Below are positions 11,901 to 21,039 of a stretch of DNA of 64,000 bases, one piece after another. Origin of the DNA: Epithemia pelagica (lineage: Eukaryota > Protista > Bacillariophyta); NCBI GenBank assembly GCA_946965045.2, contig OX337229.1:5890001-5954000 (forward strand). The letters run 5' to 3'. The notes under the pieces are model-generated. The model was not told where the DNA came from. It saw nothing but the letters and a program-made list of their open reading frames with translations, and made no database searches. Made by a program: the position numbers and the translations under genes. The first letter of the stretch is position 1. The number at the start of each line of letters is the position of its first letter.

Positions 11901-13091
11901 TTGTGCCATGGGTTGTCGATGATGATGAAGTGCCTTCTGGCCACTCGCTCGTCCTCCTTGGGGTGGTACGACCGGGATGGGTACCGTCGCCGACAATTTT
12001 TTGGAGGCACCCGATGGTACAGGGTTTGGAGCAATGGAGGGTACCATTGCCGTACTCGAAACTGGTGTGGGAAGACTGGCGGCGGTTGGTACGACGGGAG
12101 CGGCTCCACTGGAAATGACGGGTGTTGCTTCTGGTGCTGTTGGTGGAACTGGCAGGGGCGCTGTTGGTTCCAGTGGAGTGGTCGTCGTTGCTCCTCCGTC
12201 CGTGACCGGTTGGGTGCTGGAATTGCGCGGCGCCAAGGAAGAGAGTGCGGCATTCATGCGTTTCCCCACGCTCGATCCCCGTCGCAGCGACAATTGAGTG
12301 CGTGAATGTTGAAATGGTTCGTCTTCGGCCACGCGCGAATTTTTGCGGGCCAAGGAGGAAATTTCGCGCCCCAGGGCCATCCATCGCACACGTTCCTCCT
12401 CTCCCGTTTCCGTGGCTCGTGTGGGATGGTCTTTATTGCATTGTTCCAGTCGTTGGTTCGCCGCCACTCGACCCTGATGCAATCGCTCCAACAATAATGT
12501 TCGGTGGGCAATCAAGTGGCGCATGCGTCGTTCTCGCGAGGGTTGTTTGGCATGGGATTTTTCACTCAAGACAGTCGCAGCAGCAGCAGCAGTTCCGGAT
12601 TTTTCCGAGACTGTGGTGGTCGGTGATCTCCGTGGAATCAATGCCGCAGGTTGAGACAATGTTGTTGGTCGTGTTTCCTCTTTTTCTTCTTCTTCGTTTT
12701 GTGGTTGTTGTTCATGGAGAGGCCCTTTGGCAGGCGATTCGGGAGTGGCATGATCGTTTCCCTCCGAGGATTTGTGGGTTCCAATTCGTTTGTGGGTAGT
12801 AGCTTCTTTGAATTGTTCCGATGTTGCTTCCATTTGTTGTGAATTGGTGTTTGGTGGTGGTTCTAATTCATCGTTTGGGGCTTGAGTGGCTGTCGTCGTG
12901 ATGGTGGACGTTGTTGCAGTATCCTTCTCAGGTTCCTCCTGCTTTGGCTCATTCTTGTTGGTAGTTTTCGAGCCCGGTGCTGTTTGGTCGCGCCTGGGAC
13001 GACGCGGTGGAGGTACTTCGGGTTCGATCCGCTTGCGCTTGCTGCTCCGTGGACCCGCCATTGCCATGCAATTAGTCCACCCAAAATTCAA
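5946..13091 (-). CDS. p400/SWR1/EAF1-like protein: HSA domain + degenerate Snf2 ATPase + SANT/Myb domain
   Basis: 2381-aa single ORF. HSA motif RRRTQWDVLLEEMRWLATDFIEERKWK; Snf2-like blocks GPVSSGKTF, GPQLVVC, LMRLRRICTH, SGKFREL and GGLGVESANLVVVVDEDW; SANT motif PWTPREEVLLKKTVLRFGTNWALAS. Confidence 0.85.
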   Translation of the reverse strand: MNFGWTNCMAMAGPRSSKRKRIEPEVPPPRRPRRDQTAPGSKTTNKNEPKQEEPEKDTATTSTITTTATQAPNDELEPPPNTNSQQMEATSEQFKEATTHKRIGTHKSSEGNDHATPESPAKGPLHEQQPQNEEEEKEETRPTTLSQPAALIPRRSPTTTVSEKSGTAAAAATVLSEKSHAKQPSRERRMRHLIAHRTLLLERLHQGRVAANQRLEQCNKDHPTRATETGEEERVRWMALGREISSLARKNSRVAEDEPFQHSRTQLSLRRGSSVGKRMNAALSSLAPRNSSTQPVTDGGATTTTPLEPTAPLPVPPTAPEATPVISSGAAPVVPTAASLPTPVSSTAMVPSIAPNPVPSGASKKLSATVPIPVVPPQGGRASGQKALHHHRQPMAQPPHPSAATQQSSSQGLLTSASLARASAKPAPPPPRGIPPHNILGLAMRRPTPPVVVLPEAVALRERRQRVETKLVQLAQQRHTRSEAPHSSSGTTSTTTTTRNRPDWVRDFCTHGVSPPPRLPQRRRTQWDVLLEEMRWLATDFIEERKWKLCTARAVAQSVVHSTVVSTTTASVEPVPQPPQEEDETTTTTKEPAIPTAVVESIPDRTTATTTSPMPAESPALPSTTNTTNTEEPEDGKRKFAALEEEEEDRSQNEDTLRDIAKTCTSFVSQFWSLHQDPETGDNPDDDVLRGDSTRDAEEETKEGNRPVELTTKATTTTTTTTTPTKETHTADDTNTTETSAPVVSTSSSPEKRHVDLDEISDTLDHLIPLLLAVKQAEPKPSKSYGVDFFAHEATGVGFMEDLWKKNSVGCLLSGPVSSGKTFSTCAILWKYKSLGPQLVVCSADSLVKWLNELHYFEGVSPVPMSAKLSSSLAAAARTTTSSLVVICSFSDLKTMTEDVLSQFQTIVVDSRYPVGFRGSRPPTYLDTHENSSHSLLSMSAPKELASTDWWERIVSLVFKSNARRIVVDHFSSMDLLGLLDGFSDRMVLEHLSLRAAFLYGSALFSTEWKFSKKNLLGWARRHIKRSADTTSGGDGTSSKFLRVRGLFCKMLDMTTYTLVSESKVTPQVEIVLCDMTPTQRTSYEYCCNSVKTALSRRLEVDTVQFAFRGIAEALMRLRRICTHADAQSVLDSFPVRQQLLDYSFSTLEKSTSSQPDAELASFILKGSGKFRELSRILVQDGGVTLEPEIHESAEIPQRAASEKESQSDGPIKVAILAVLPEVQLLVSLLLGALGVCHEVLLSYHGAIHRNGSTAAWLATQRVLSRFNDRISESSRMVNVVVASPIAVAGNHGGLGVESANLVVVVDEDWSGRGDLLMRSLFSRVSFANEQQQGECRVLRLISQNSCEENFCVTNSDNGTHASMKDFKLPWPVNAFGILEPPQNLRSSEESVVYNNWISSGSSEGLHLFPGKGLFAWSNENLEKVLCNELSCRPLFGRSSGPLFLPSSSGSLTVESQVSIMKNLSKSEGESSAFSFHLVDSCIKCTSSVPPFPNDFDVEFSSGWNVSPVAQFARRLDTHVEGDEGQPSEKLVVPLSHQPVGWQEMSGSETVSVAEKEEKEPTVEALAGGLLEYDDSAFPALSDISHNVYASSFLLSNKLLSSEGSQGMELLVYFPPIFPRLLESAVVAPESVPSPISRESRNKRVRPLIDGLPVKKLKLAGGEFMDTSVTAHDPPLVTEENSLKNDAAAVLLDLTDDYGLAGIGAIPLPRDSAVFSNQILAESRPNSSAVLDDFEAGAHPIDHSESEESRHLDSHARGASNSLILFIARRRQRGQMGMPVYQPGRSHPNLNNVVAPWAHPVANHYHPASNGLYGSNGVESGDRQKKNAFQDPSRETSIVARPLSGVDQNPARPAAMAVFGNSGNASKTKDLHRSRLIAASRQYGHGATLFDAAPFRAAAVRLRNKLSHRLSRLCWQAGGAYESGPGLPLAVSKPLGRSQIFRNDFQGDPALWTSVVKRLKSRDSKTGDEAIEVSHAQSSDLRRSLSSPCRVDFGPFNSGFLYLPSGMTATAPPRPSVGVTLPMGVKLPPTSKDQIIPWTPREEVLLKKTVLRFGTNWALASRALSGLQDLVTVTRQPQASQCFPRASKSCKEHWQILTRNDSSLGTEAKKVERRQRETFTVTFPESYALDVRHEIIGSDAKDKTEKTGTESKKPSVLVTIVPSDNIEVTTSAADVDNLGFLHGSSSMSAEPTVGKRRTFSAMSSARKKLQSGPSVIPGITDGASPNIAHSHPSHMQSVQSSVASSWTGGRTEMWPLQFLDASDRFLANQAQQQAAAAAAASSSGPSRSPPSSAMAPVARQHSAPVTSTRPTPTAMSVGQISTPQTNHAQRSTSNPYPPSAVRADGRAQSAMHVFVPPQNQSSRTPSAARQSTVPGGSPARK

Positions 13092-13820
13092 TCGAATTCA
13101 TGTGGTCTTGTTGCTTTCAATTATAAAATGCTTCCATTCAAGGAACGGTGGATGGTATGAAGTATCTCCTCGTCTAATACCTCCTATTATTACAGAGTCG
13201 CGTTGCTGCTGCTGCTCGTGCTGCTCCACACCCTCTCGTCTTCGTGTCGCTTCGCTTCGCTCCGCCGCAAACGTGGTGGCGGACAGACACTGTTTTCTGG
13301 GTGGCTCTGGGTGTACTATCTCGAACTAAGCCCTTTGCCGTGGTGTAGGAAACGCAATGCTTTTGAAAGTACACTTGAATCTATATTATTTTATGTTTTC
13401 CTGTGATTCGTACACTCTATCCTATACCAATTGTTCGGGCTTATCTTCGGTCCATCTTCTCTCTTTCCTCAGCGAGAATACCTCGATGCTTCAATGGATG
13501 ATTTCTTCAGCTTTAGGATAGGATCGCTCGAGATTCGTAACCACCAACACAACGCACGAGCACGCACGACGAACGCGGAACTCACGCACGTCTCACGCCG
13601 AGATCTGGATCTTTTGTGCCACCTGGAACCCATCGACCTGCAGTCTGTCCATGGTCCCCACAAAGGCAAGATCGCGATCCGCACACATGATGGCATGTCA
13701 TCGCGATTGGCTGTCTCTTTCAACAACCACAACAACAGAAGAAGACTATACTTGTTCCTGCCGTTGCAGCGTTTGAAAAAAGGGAAACAACCAAGCTTCC
13801 ACAATTGTAGTATCACGAGG

Positions 13821-15597
13821 ATGCACAGACGGCACCGAAATTTTCTAGTGGTGGAACTCCTTGGGTGGTTCTTGTTGGGCCACTCTGTGGTGGAGGCCAA
13901 AAGTGGTGGTAGTTCTTTGATGGATGCTGCTGGCAATCTACGAGTGAATACCGTGTCCGACTCGACAACCTTGGAAGGAGGTGTCCTGACGTACATTACC
14001 AGTCCTGGTACACCGTCCTCCTTGGTGGATTCCTCGGATGGAGTAGTGTTGTCCTTGTTGGAGGCCGGTCCCCCGGCCACCCTAATGTGTCCGGGCGCCA
14101 CACTCTCGTCCTCCTCCGAGTCGGACTGTATATCCTTGGCCACTTCAACGTTGGTTGCGAATTGCATTGTCGTGGATGGCATGACGGCTGGTGATATCGA
14201 GGCTGGATTGAGCGAGTCACGACATGGCATCACCCTCTCGACCCTCTTTGGCGCCAAAATTGCGGCCCGTGGTGACGACGACGACGACAATACGGATGCC
14301 ACCAAACAAACCCTGGTGCTTCCCATTCGAGGAGCCGACACAGTGTCGGAAGAAGCCATTGTCCAGCAAGTGGAATCGCTCTTTGCGGCGGCCGCAGCAG
14401 CAGAATCTTCCACCAAGCTGTCGTTGGGAGAATTCTATGACTTGAAAATTGTCCCCTACACCGACCCTCAACAGGTACGTACGGTTGTGAAATCTATTCA
14501 TGTATAGTTGGTTGTGTGCCAGCGTAATAGAGCCCGATATGGCACGACGACTCGTGTGTGGGGAAGATTTTTGTGATGATTTGTTTCTGTTGAATCTGAT
14601 GAGCTGCTGTATATACATATATATTCATATGCGTGTGTGATGCTGTACATTTTGGTAGATTCAATCTCTCTTGTCGACCGAAGAGTCCTTGACGACAACC
14701 GAACGTACAGGACCTCTTTCGGTAGCACTGGTCCAAGCGCATCGAACGGCCAAGGACTTGGTGTCCCAGAACATGTTCAATGTCCTTCCACCCTTGGTGA
14801 GTCAAGGCCTCTTGGCGGTCGAAACTGTCCACAGCAAGCTGAGTCGGACCGTCCGGGCCCGGTTGGCCTCCTGGAACACACGCGTCGCACGAGGCTTGGT
14901 TCTGGAAGGATTTGGGAGCGACGCCGAAGCACTCCTGCAGTCGGTCCTTCGCAAGTTTGATACCGATACCATTGGAGTGGCCACACTCCCGGCCGTGGCC
15001 GTCCGTCGCATGGAATTGCGGTTGCAACTCCAAAGATTGCTCGAGCAGGGAATCCAACAAGCCTTTGAGGGTCAAATTGCCAATTTGGAAACGACCTGTA
15101 CGAAACGATTGGACGTGCAAATGCTCAAGACGGTGGGACAACCCGCGGAAGCCGTCATGGATGCGAATGCCGCCGCCATTCGCAACGAGGCCTTGAGTTT
15201 TGAAACGACGGCTGCCGGGTTACAAGTCCCCTCTTTGGGATTGACCACGGCCCAGGCCGTCCGGGACATGACGGCCAAACTCAACGATCAAGTCTTGAGC
15301 TTTCCCGACAGTCCGGCGGCCAAGATTCAACGCATGGGTAAGGTTCAAAAGGCGGCCCGCAAGGATAAGAAACCGGGACAGCGTGCCATTGACATTGGAT
15401 TGGATTTGGTGGCCGTCTTACGGCCGGATGGATTTGGGAGTTTGCAAGGCTTTGCCGGGTATCAATTGGGGGGAAACAGTCTGACCTTTGGCATTCACAA
15501 CGATGCCGATGATCCTCAAGTGATTGCTCAATTTGGTGGCGTACGTCCACCCCTTTTGCGGGTGCAACCCAAATTGCGATTCGATGTGGAACTTTAA
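13821..15597 (+). CDS. Signal-peptide-bearing hypothetical protein, possibly a degenerate RHD3/Sey1-like fold, 2 exons
   Basis: Exons 13821-14474 and 14659-15597, with a gtacgt...tag intron in phase 0. N-terminus MHRRHRNFLVVELLGWFLLGHSVVEA is signal-like. The family call is a weak motif impression. Confidence 0.7.
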
Positions 15598-15749
15598 AGA
15601 TACACAAGAACCGTGCTAGCCATGGAACGCAATTGAACCATTGTGGAACTACTCCCTCGGGCATTTGTGGACCTACCATGAGGAACGTGCTCGAAAGACT
15701 ATAAAAGGGTGAAACTTCACCAATACTAAAGCATTGATATATCTCCGTG

Positions 15750-16874
15750 TCATATTTCAAAGGAATACGATAATCGAGGAGGACTAGAGACTGACAGTTG
15801 GTGAAATTGAACTTCGGTCGATACCTCGAGCTCTTCTTTTCCTTCTTCTGGTCGAGTCTGTCGGATGGGTGCTCTCGTTTTCTTCTTGATGGGACTCATA
15901 TCTTCATCACTGGGCCAGAGTCCATTTAGAGGAAGGATCCAAGGATGATGGGTACCAGCCTCGCCTTCGATGGGTGTCGATGTCATGCCCCATTCTTCAT
16001 TGGACGGCATGCGATGGAGGACTGACGTGTCTTGCCCTTCTTCTTCGTCGTCGTCTTCTCCTTCGGGCCGGGAGCATTCCTCCTGTTCCGCCTGGTACGA
16101 CGACGACGACATGCCAAAGAATTTGGGATGAAAGAGTTTGGCCCACAACAAGTCATGGCTGGACGACTGTTGTTGTAGGGATTCCAGTGAGATGTCGTGG
16201 AGTGGTTTGGTTCGAAACCAATCGTCGAGCGTTACTTCGGACACGGCATCATTTTCCTTGTCCTTCTCGTCGTCGTCGTTCCATTCCAAGGATGGTGGAG
16301 GATGAGGAACGTCAATCTTGGTAGGAAGCGCAGTGTCGCGCAATGGATTCTCCACACAACACTCGTCAGCGGGCACAAAACTAATCGTCCCTTGTTGCAA
16401 GGATGAAGCCGCCTGTCCCTTTTGTTGTCCATGTGGTTGTTGCAAAGACGAAGGTGGACGGAACTTGTAATTTCTTGGAACCGGCACTGGTTCTCGTGGT
16501 CTTGACGGACTGCAGAACGATCGAGACCGTGACAGTAGCATCCTGGAACGACGTGGTGGCCGAGTATGTGATGCATCTTGTGGTACTTTTTTGAGTTCCA
16601 TCAAGGGAGGAACACGATGCACCAATTGATTCTTCTTGGTTGTAGTCAAGGGCAACAATGGCATTTGGTCACGTTGTTGTGTTCGAGCAAATGGCAATTC
16701 CTCCTTGCAGCGTCGACGATTCGTGTTCTTGTTCTTCTTTTTCAAGAGATGGAGAATCCATTCATGGGACAATCGTTTTCGATTGCAACGGACCATTGTA
16801 GTGTTGGGGTGTTCCGTCCAGAAAGAAGAAGAAGATGATGATGTCGACGACGACGACGAAGCCAAGTCTCTCAT
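15750..16874 (-). CDS. Hypothetical low-complexity protein
   Basis: Part of a 442-aa ORF; likely start MRDLASSSS at 16874. S/Q/E-rich with no recognisable domain. Confidence 0.55.
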   Translation of the reverse strand: MRDLASSSSSTSSSSSSFWTEHPNTTMVRCNRKRLSHEWILHLLKKKNKNTNRRRCKEELPFARTQQRDQMPLLPLTTTKKNQLVHRVPPLMELKKVPQDASHTRPPRRSRMLLSRSRSFCSPSRPREPVPVPRNYKFRPPSSLQQPHGQQKGQAASSLQQGTISFVPADECCVENPLRDTALPTKIDVPHPPPSLEWNDDDEKDKENDAVSEVTLDDWFRTKPLHDISLESLQQQSSSHDLLWAKLFHPKFFGMSSSSYQAEQEECSRPEGEDDDEEEGQDTSVLHRMPSNEEWGMTSTPIEGEAGTHHPWILPLNGLWPSDEDMSPIKKKTRAPIRQTRPEEGKEELEVSTEVQFHQLSVSSPPRLSYSFEI

Positions 16875-17884
16875 GGTAGAAAGTTGGGCAGGATCAACTG
16901 CAGTAAACGTGACAAAGGGTGGTAACGAAACAGAAAAGAAAAAATGTGGACGTGCCAAGCCTGCAATCCAGGGATCGAACATACGACGGAGACGGCCAGA
17001 AAGGAAAGACTCACCAAACAAACGGATCTGGAGTCTGGAGAGAGCCAATGGAGTGTCAACTGGAGGCGTTTGGCCCAAAACAATAAATGTGTTGTACCTT
17101 GGATTCTTTTGGCCAGAAAAGTAGCCGTTGGTTGCCTGACGAGGTGTTCCACAACAACCGAATGACAGGCAGAGGACACTGCATGAATGGGTCGTGTGTG
17201 TCGGTGATCGGTGACAGGTGGAGTGTACCTTGCAATCTCAACAATTGCTCTTTGCTGTGTCCTCTATGGAGAAATACCTCACCAAATCCCCCAATCATGT
17301 CTTGTGCCTTGGTTATTCCGCTCATTCGGTTCTCGACTCGAACTCGACACCTTTTGGGAGTCTCATCATTATTTGTTGTTGGGGTTTGGGGTTTGGGGTG
17401 CCCCGTCCCCAAAAGACTCGAACTATTTACTATTGCCCTTGACCAAATCGGCGAACCAAAAAATTTCAGACAGAGAGAGCGCGCGGAGTGTTCCAGTGTA
17501 GAATGGACAAGATAAACTTAAGCCCATGAGAGAGTAGTGAAATTTGGTTGCGAGCGGGAATGAGAGTCTGCTGGTCGTGCTCGTTCTTCGACAACTCTTT
17601 CGCGATCCACACGAACCATTCCCTCCAACGCACGACTGAGAAAAGGTCGGTCTGCTCCACGTTTCCATTGCCCTCCATAAGTACATATTTACTAAGCCCC
17701 TTTAATTATCCCTAATGACCTTACTTATGTTTTCAATTACTTAGGGAGAGTCAATTATTAAAAGTATAGCATGAGCTGTCACATGGAGTGAAAGGTGAAA
17801 TCTATGCTGGGCTTTATTATTTTGCTGCCGAGGCCGAAGATGCCGAATGCCGGGTCGAATCCGTCCTGTTTCTGTGTTGCGACC

Positions 17885-18071
17885 ATGACAAGCAACCACC
17901 GTAAATCGTCGTCGTACGGCAAGACGACCTTCTTGGGATCCTTGCTTCGTCATTTCGTGGATCAAAACATTGGACCGTGGAACTCAAGAATGGAAGATCT
18001 AGTGAGTATCGTGGCATTGATTTTGTCGTCGGCCGAAGATAGCATGTCCTTGCACACTTGGTCGAAGCCGT
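17885..18071 (+). pseudogene. Frameshifted LSm10-like gene fragment
   Basis: Clear nucleotide similarity to 28573-28750 (atgacaagcaacc...ggatccttgcttcgtcatt...tcggccgaagatagcatgtccttgca...gtcgaagccg) with several indels. Confidence 0.85.
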
Positions 18072-18563
18072 TCAGAGTTTACACCACAAGAACCGGGTGG
18101 GCCTCTATTGCGGATACTATTGTCGATTGTCGCCCATCCCAACTCCCAACTCCCAACTGATACTCCAGTGTAGGTAGTTGGGGATATCTACGTACTCCTA
18201 CTCTAAAGGGGTAGGGAAGTACTACGTAGCTAGTAGAAGAGAGAGAGATAGAGCCAATAGCTCCCGACTCTTTCGTGGCGGGACTCAAGACACGGAAGTT
18301 GGAACCCGAACACGAATGAGAGTGGACAGATCGACAGACGGTTCAACAGATGTTCGCTGCAAGAGCATTTTTTGCAGTCTTGAAATTTTGTATCTCGCAG
18401 ACACACCATGGTGGTGCACTTCTTTGGTGCAACACAACCTGAAGCAGCAGAATGTCCTTGATCCAAACGTACAATTCCTAAACGAGAACCTCTAGAACAA
18501 TTCACTCACTTTGATCTCGCGTGATCCCTTCCAACAACTTGTGTGGATCTCATCATCATCAGT

Positions 18564-20791
18564 ATGCAGCAACCCTCGTCGTCCCTGTTGTCCATGGAGG
18601 GACAACGTCCTCCGTCTCTGGACGATTTGGTGATTCAATCGTCCGATACATTGCGAGAAACACAAATTGACATGAAAATACCCGAAGGGTGGTCAGGCAC
18701 CGTACCCATTTTACAAGGTCCCCGAGGACAAGTCGAATCCTCCAATTTGTTAAAAGGAGTACGTGTGTCTTGAGTGTTTTGGTGGTTCGTATCGATTGAA
18801 ACCAAATGGTTGTACTCACACATTTCTATAAATGTGTGCTTCTTGTGTCGTCTGTTTCTTGTTTTCTTGTTCTTACTTTTGTGCGTTCTTTTTCTTTTCT
18901 GGATACGGTCTTTCTCTCTCTCTCTCTTTGCAGTGTTTACGACGAGGGGTTCCTCCCGCACTCCGATGTGCCCTGTGGTTGTCCAACGTCATTCAGGCTG
19001 TTCGTCCGCATCAAGGTCCAGAGGATTGGCATTCCTATCGAACCTTGGGCAAAGTCCAAACTCTCGATCATGCCTATGAAACCCTGTTGCGAACCATGGT
19101 GGTGGGCGAACAAACCACTTCCAACAACAATAACAAGGAGCGTACTCCCAGTGGATCGCACATGGACAAGAACAATGGGACGGAGTCCATTTTTGTCGTG
19201 ACGGAACGATTGTGGAAGGAACGGCCGATTCCTACCTATGGTTTGGTGGCGGGTTCCGAGGCCTATCAAAAAATATCGGGCATTACCGACCGTGGCCGCA
19301 TGGCCTTGAAACGCGTCTTGATTGCTCTGGAACATGTCTTGGGTATTATGGAACATGCTCCCATGGTTCCCACCTTGACAGCTTTGCTCTTGACCACCAT
19401 GTCGGAATCCTATGTCTTTACCGCCATTCGAGAAATGGCGCATGATACCGCTTGGTTTTTGCCCATTTCCAAACGAGAACATGCCGGGTATTGTTGTGCC
19501 TTTCGACGCATCATGTTTCGACTCCATGAACAAACGGCAACCTACCTGGATGATCGAGGCATTTTAGATGTCGACAGTCTCCACTACATTTTTCGAGATC
19601 TCTTTGTCGAGTACGTGGATATGACAATCGACCGATACAGCGATTTTCAGCTGGCATCTCACACACTTGTTTGCCGTCCCCATTGCTTCGTGTCCTATTC
19701 CATTGTACAGTATTTTGCCCTTACGGGCCGTCCAACGCATCATGGATATTTACACGTTGGAAGGTTCCAAAGTCTTGTTTCGGGTCGGTGTGGCCTTGTT
19801 TGTCTTGTACAAACGCGAGGCGGCCGAATCTCTCGTGACCATTTCCAATGCGCAGGATTGGTGGCAGACCCTCAAACACTGGTCCCATCACAAACTCTTT
19901 AATTTTGATGTCGTCTTGCGCAAGGCCTATGGCGTGCATGGTCGGGTCATGCGGACGCAATTTCGATTTCCCAGTCGCGCCATTCTCCAACGCATTGTCA
20001 AGGCCGAAGAATGGCGACTCCAAATGGAAGGCGATGGAGGAACCGACTTGGAGGACGACGCCAACGACTCGGGCTTTCACGGCACGCCCTTGGGATTGTG
20101 TCAACATGACGAAGAGATTGAATTGGCCGGACATTTACGGGAAACCATACAACCCGTCTTGGCCAAACCAATCCCCGTCCGACAAGCATTGGCGTGCTGG
20201 GTCCCTTTGACCATGCGATTGACCAATCTCAATTTACTCTATTCCACCAATTTTCATGGACGGAGTCTCGACATGTTTTATACACGACTGGAAAAGGTCA
20301 AACACTCCATCATTCTCCTCGAAGTGTTGGACGCGGGTACGACCGAACCACCCACCAATGGTTCTTCGTCGACGACGACAACAACAACATCGACTGTCAT
20401 TGGAATGTACGCTTCGCAAGCCTGGCGTATTTCCAGTCAAACCTATGGAGACGGCGAATGTTTTCTGTTTCGGGCCTCCCCTCATCCCAAATGTTGGAAA
20501 TGGCATCCCGACCCCGAAACCGAATTTGATTTGAACAGTCCTTCGGATTTTTCCTCCAATGCCATTATGCATCAATTCATGGTCGGTCAAGCCGGCTTTA
20601 TCTCCATGGGTGGCAATCGAGATGGATCCTGTGGCCTTCGACTCAATGAAGACTTTACCCGAGGAGAATCCGCACCCGCCTCGGGATTTGACAATGAACC
20701 ATTGCATGGTGGCAACAAGAACTCCGTCTTTTCCATTGGACTCTTGGAAGTATATGGATTGGTGCGACAAATCGATGGCAAAGCAGTCTAA
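18564..20791 (+). CDS. Rab-GAP TBC domain + TLDc domain protein (TBC1D24-like architecture), 3 exons
   Basis: Exons 18564-18758, 18934-19610 and 19711-20791. TBC motifs RRGVPPALRCALW and QRIMDIYTLEGSKVLFRVGVAL; TLDc motifs LLYSTNFHGRSL, YGDGECFLF, and FSIGLLEVYG. Confidence 0.88.
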
Positions 20792-21039
20792 TAATACTAT
20801 AGAGAGAGTGCAGTGTGTAAGCTACGAATACCCGCCTCCGTGTCATGGTCTCATGATATGTCCACCGCATGTCGACAAACTGCAGAGAGTCGTTCCATAT
20901 AGGTACCCCTAGGATTGTAACAAACAAAACATGTCCCACTAACAAACACTAATAGAAGTAATAGTACCTTTTCACATCAACTTACGAATGCCGGATCAAC
21001 AAAAATCCGGTCGCTGAACACTAAACAGACACGACGCTT

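Noticed and set aside
17700-17750. CCCTAA and TTAGGG hexamers as telomeric relics
   Set aside because: Only single isolated hexamers, as expected by chance.
17795-18160. 121-aa ORF as a functional gene
   Set aside because: It is a frameshifted read-through of the LSm10 pseudogene.
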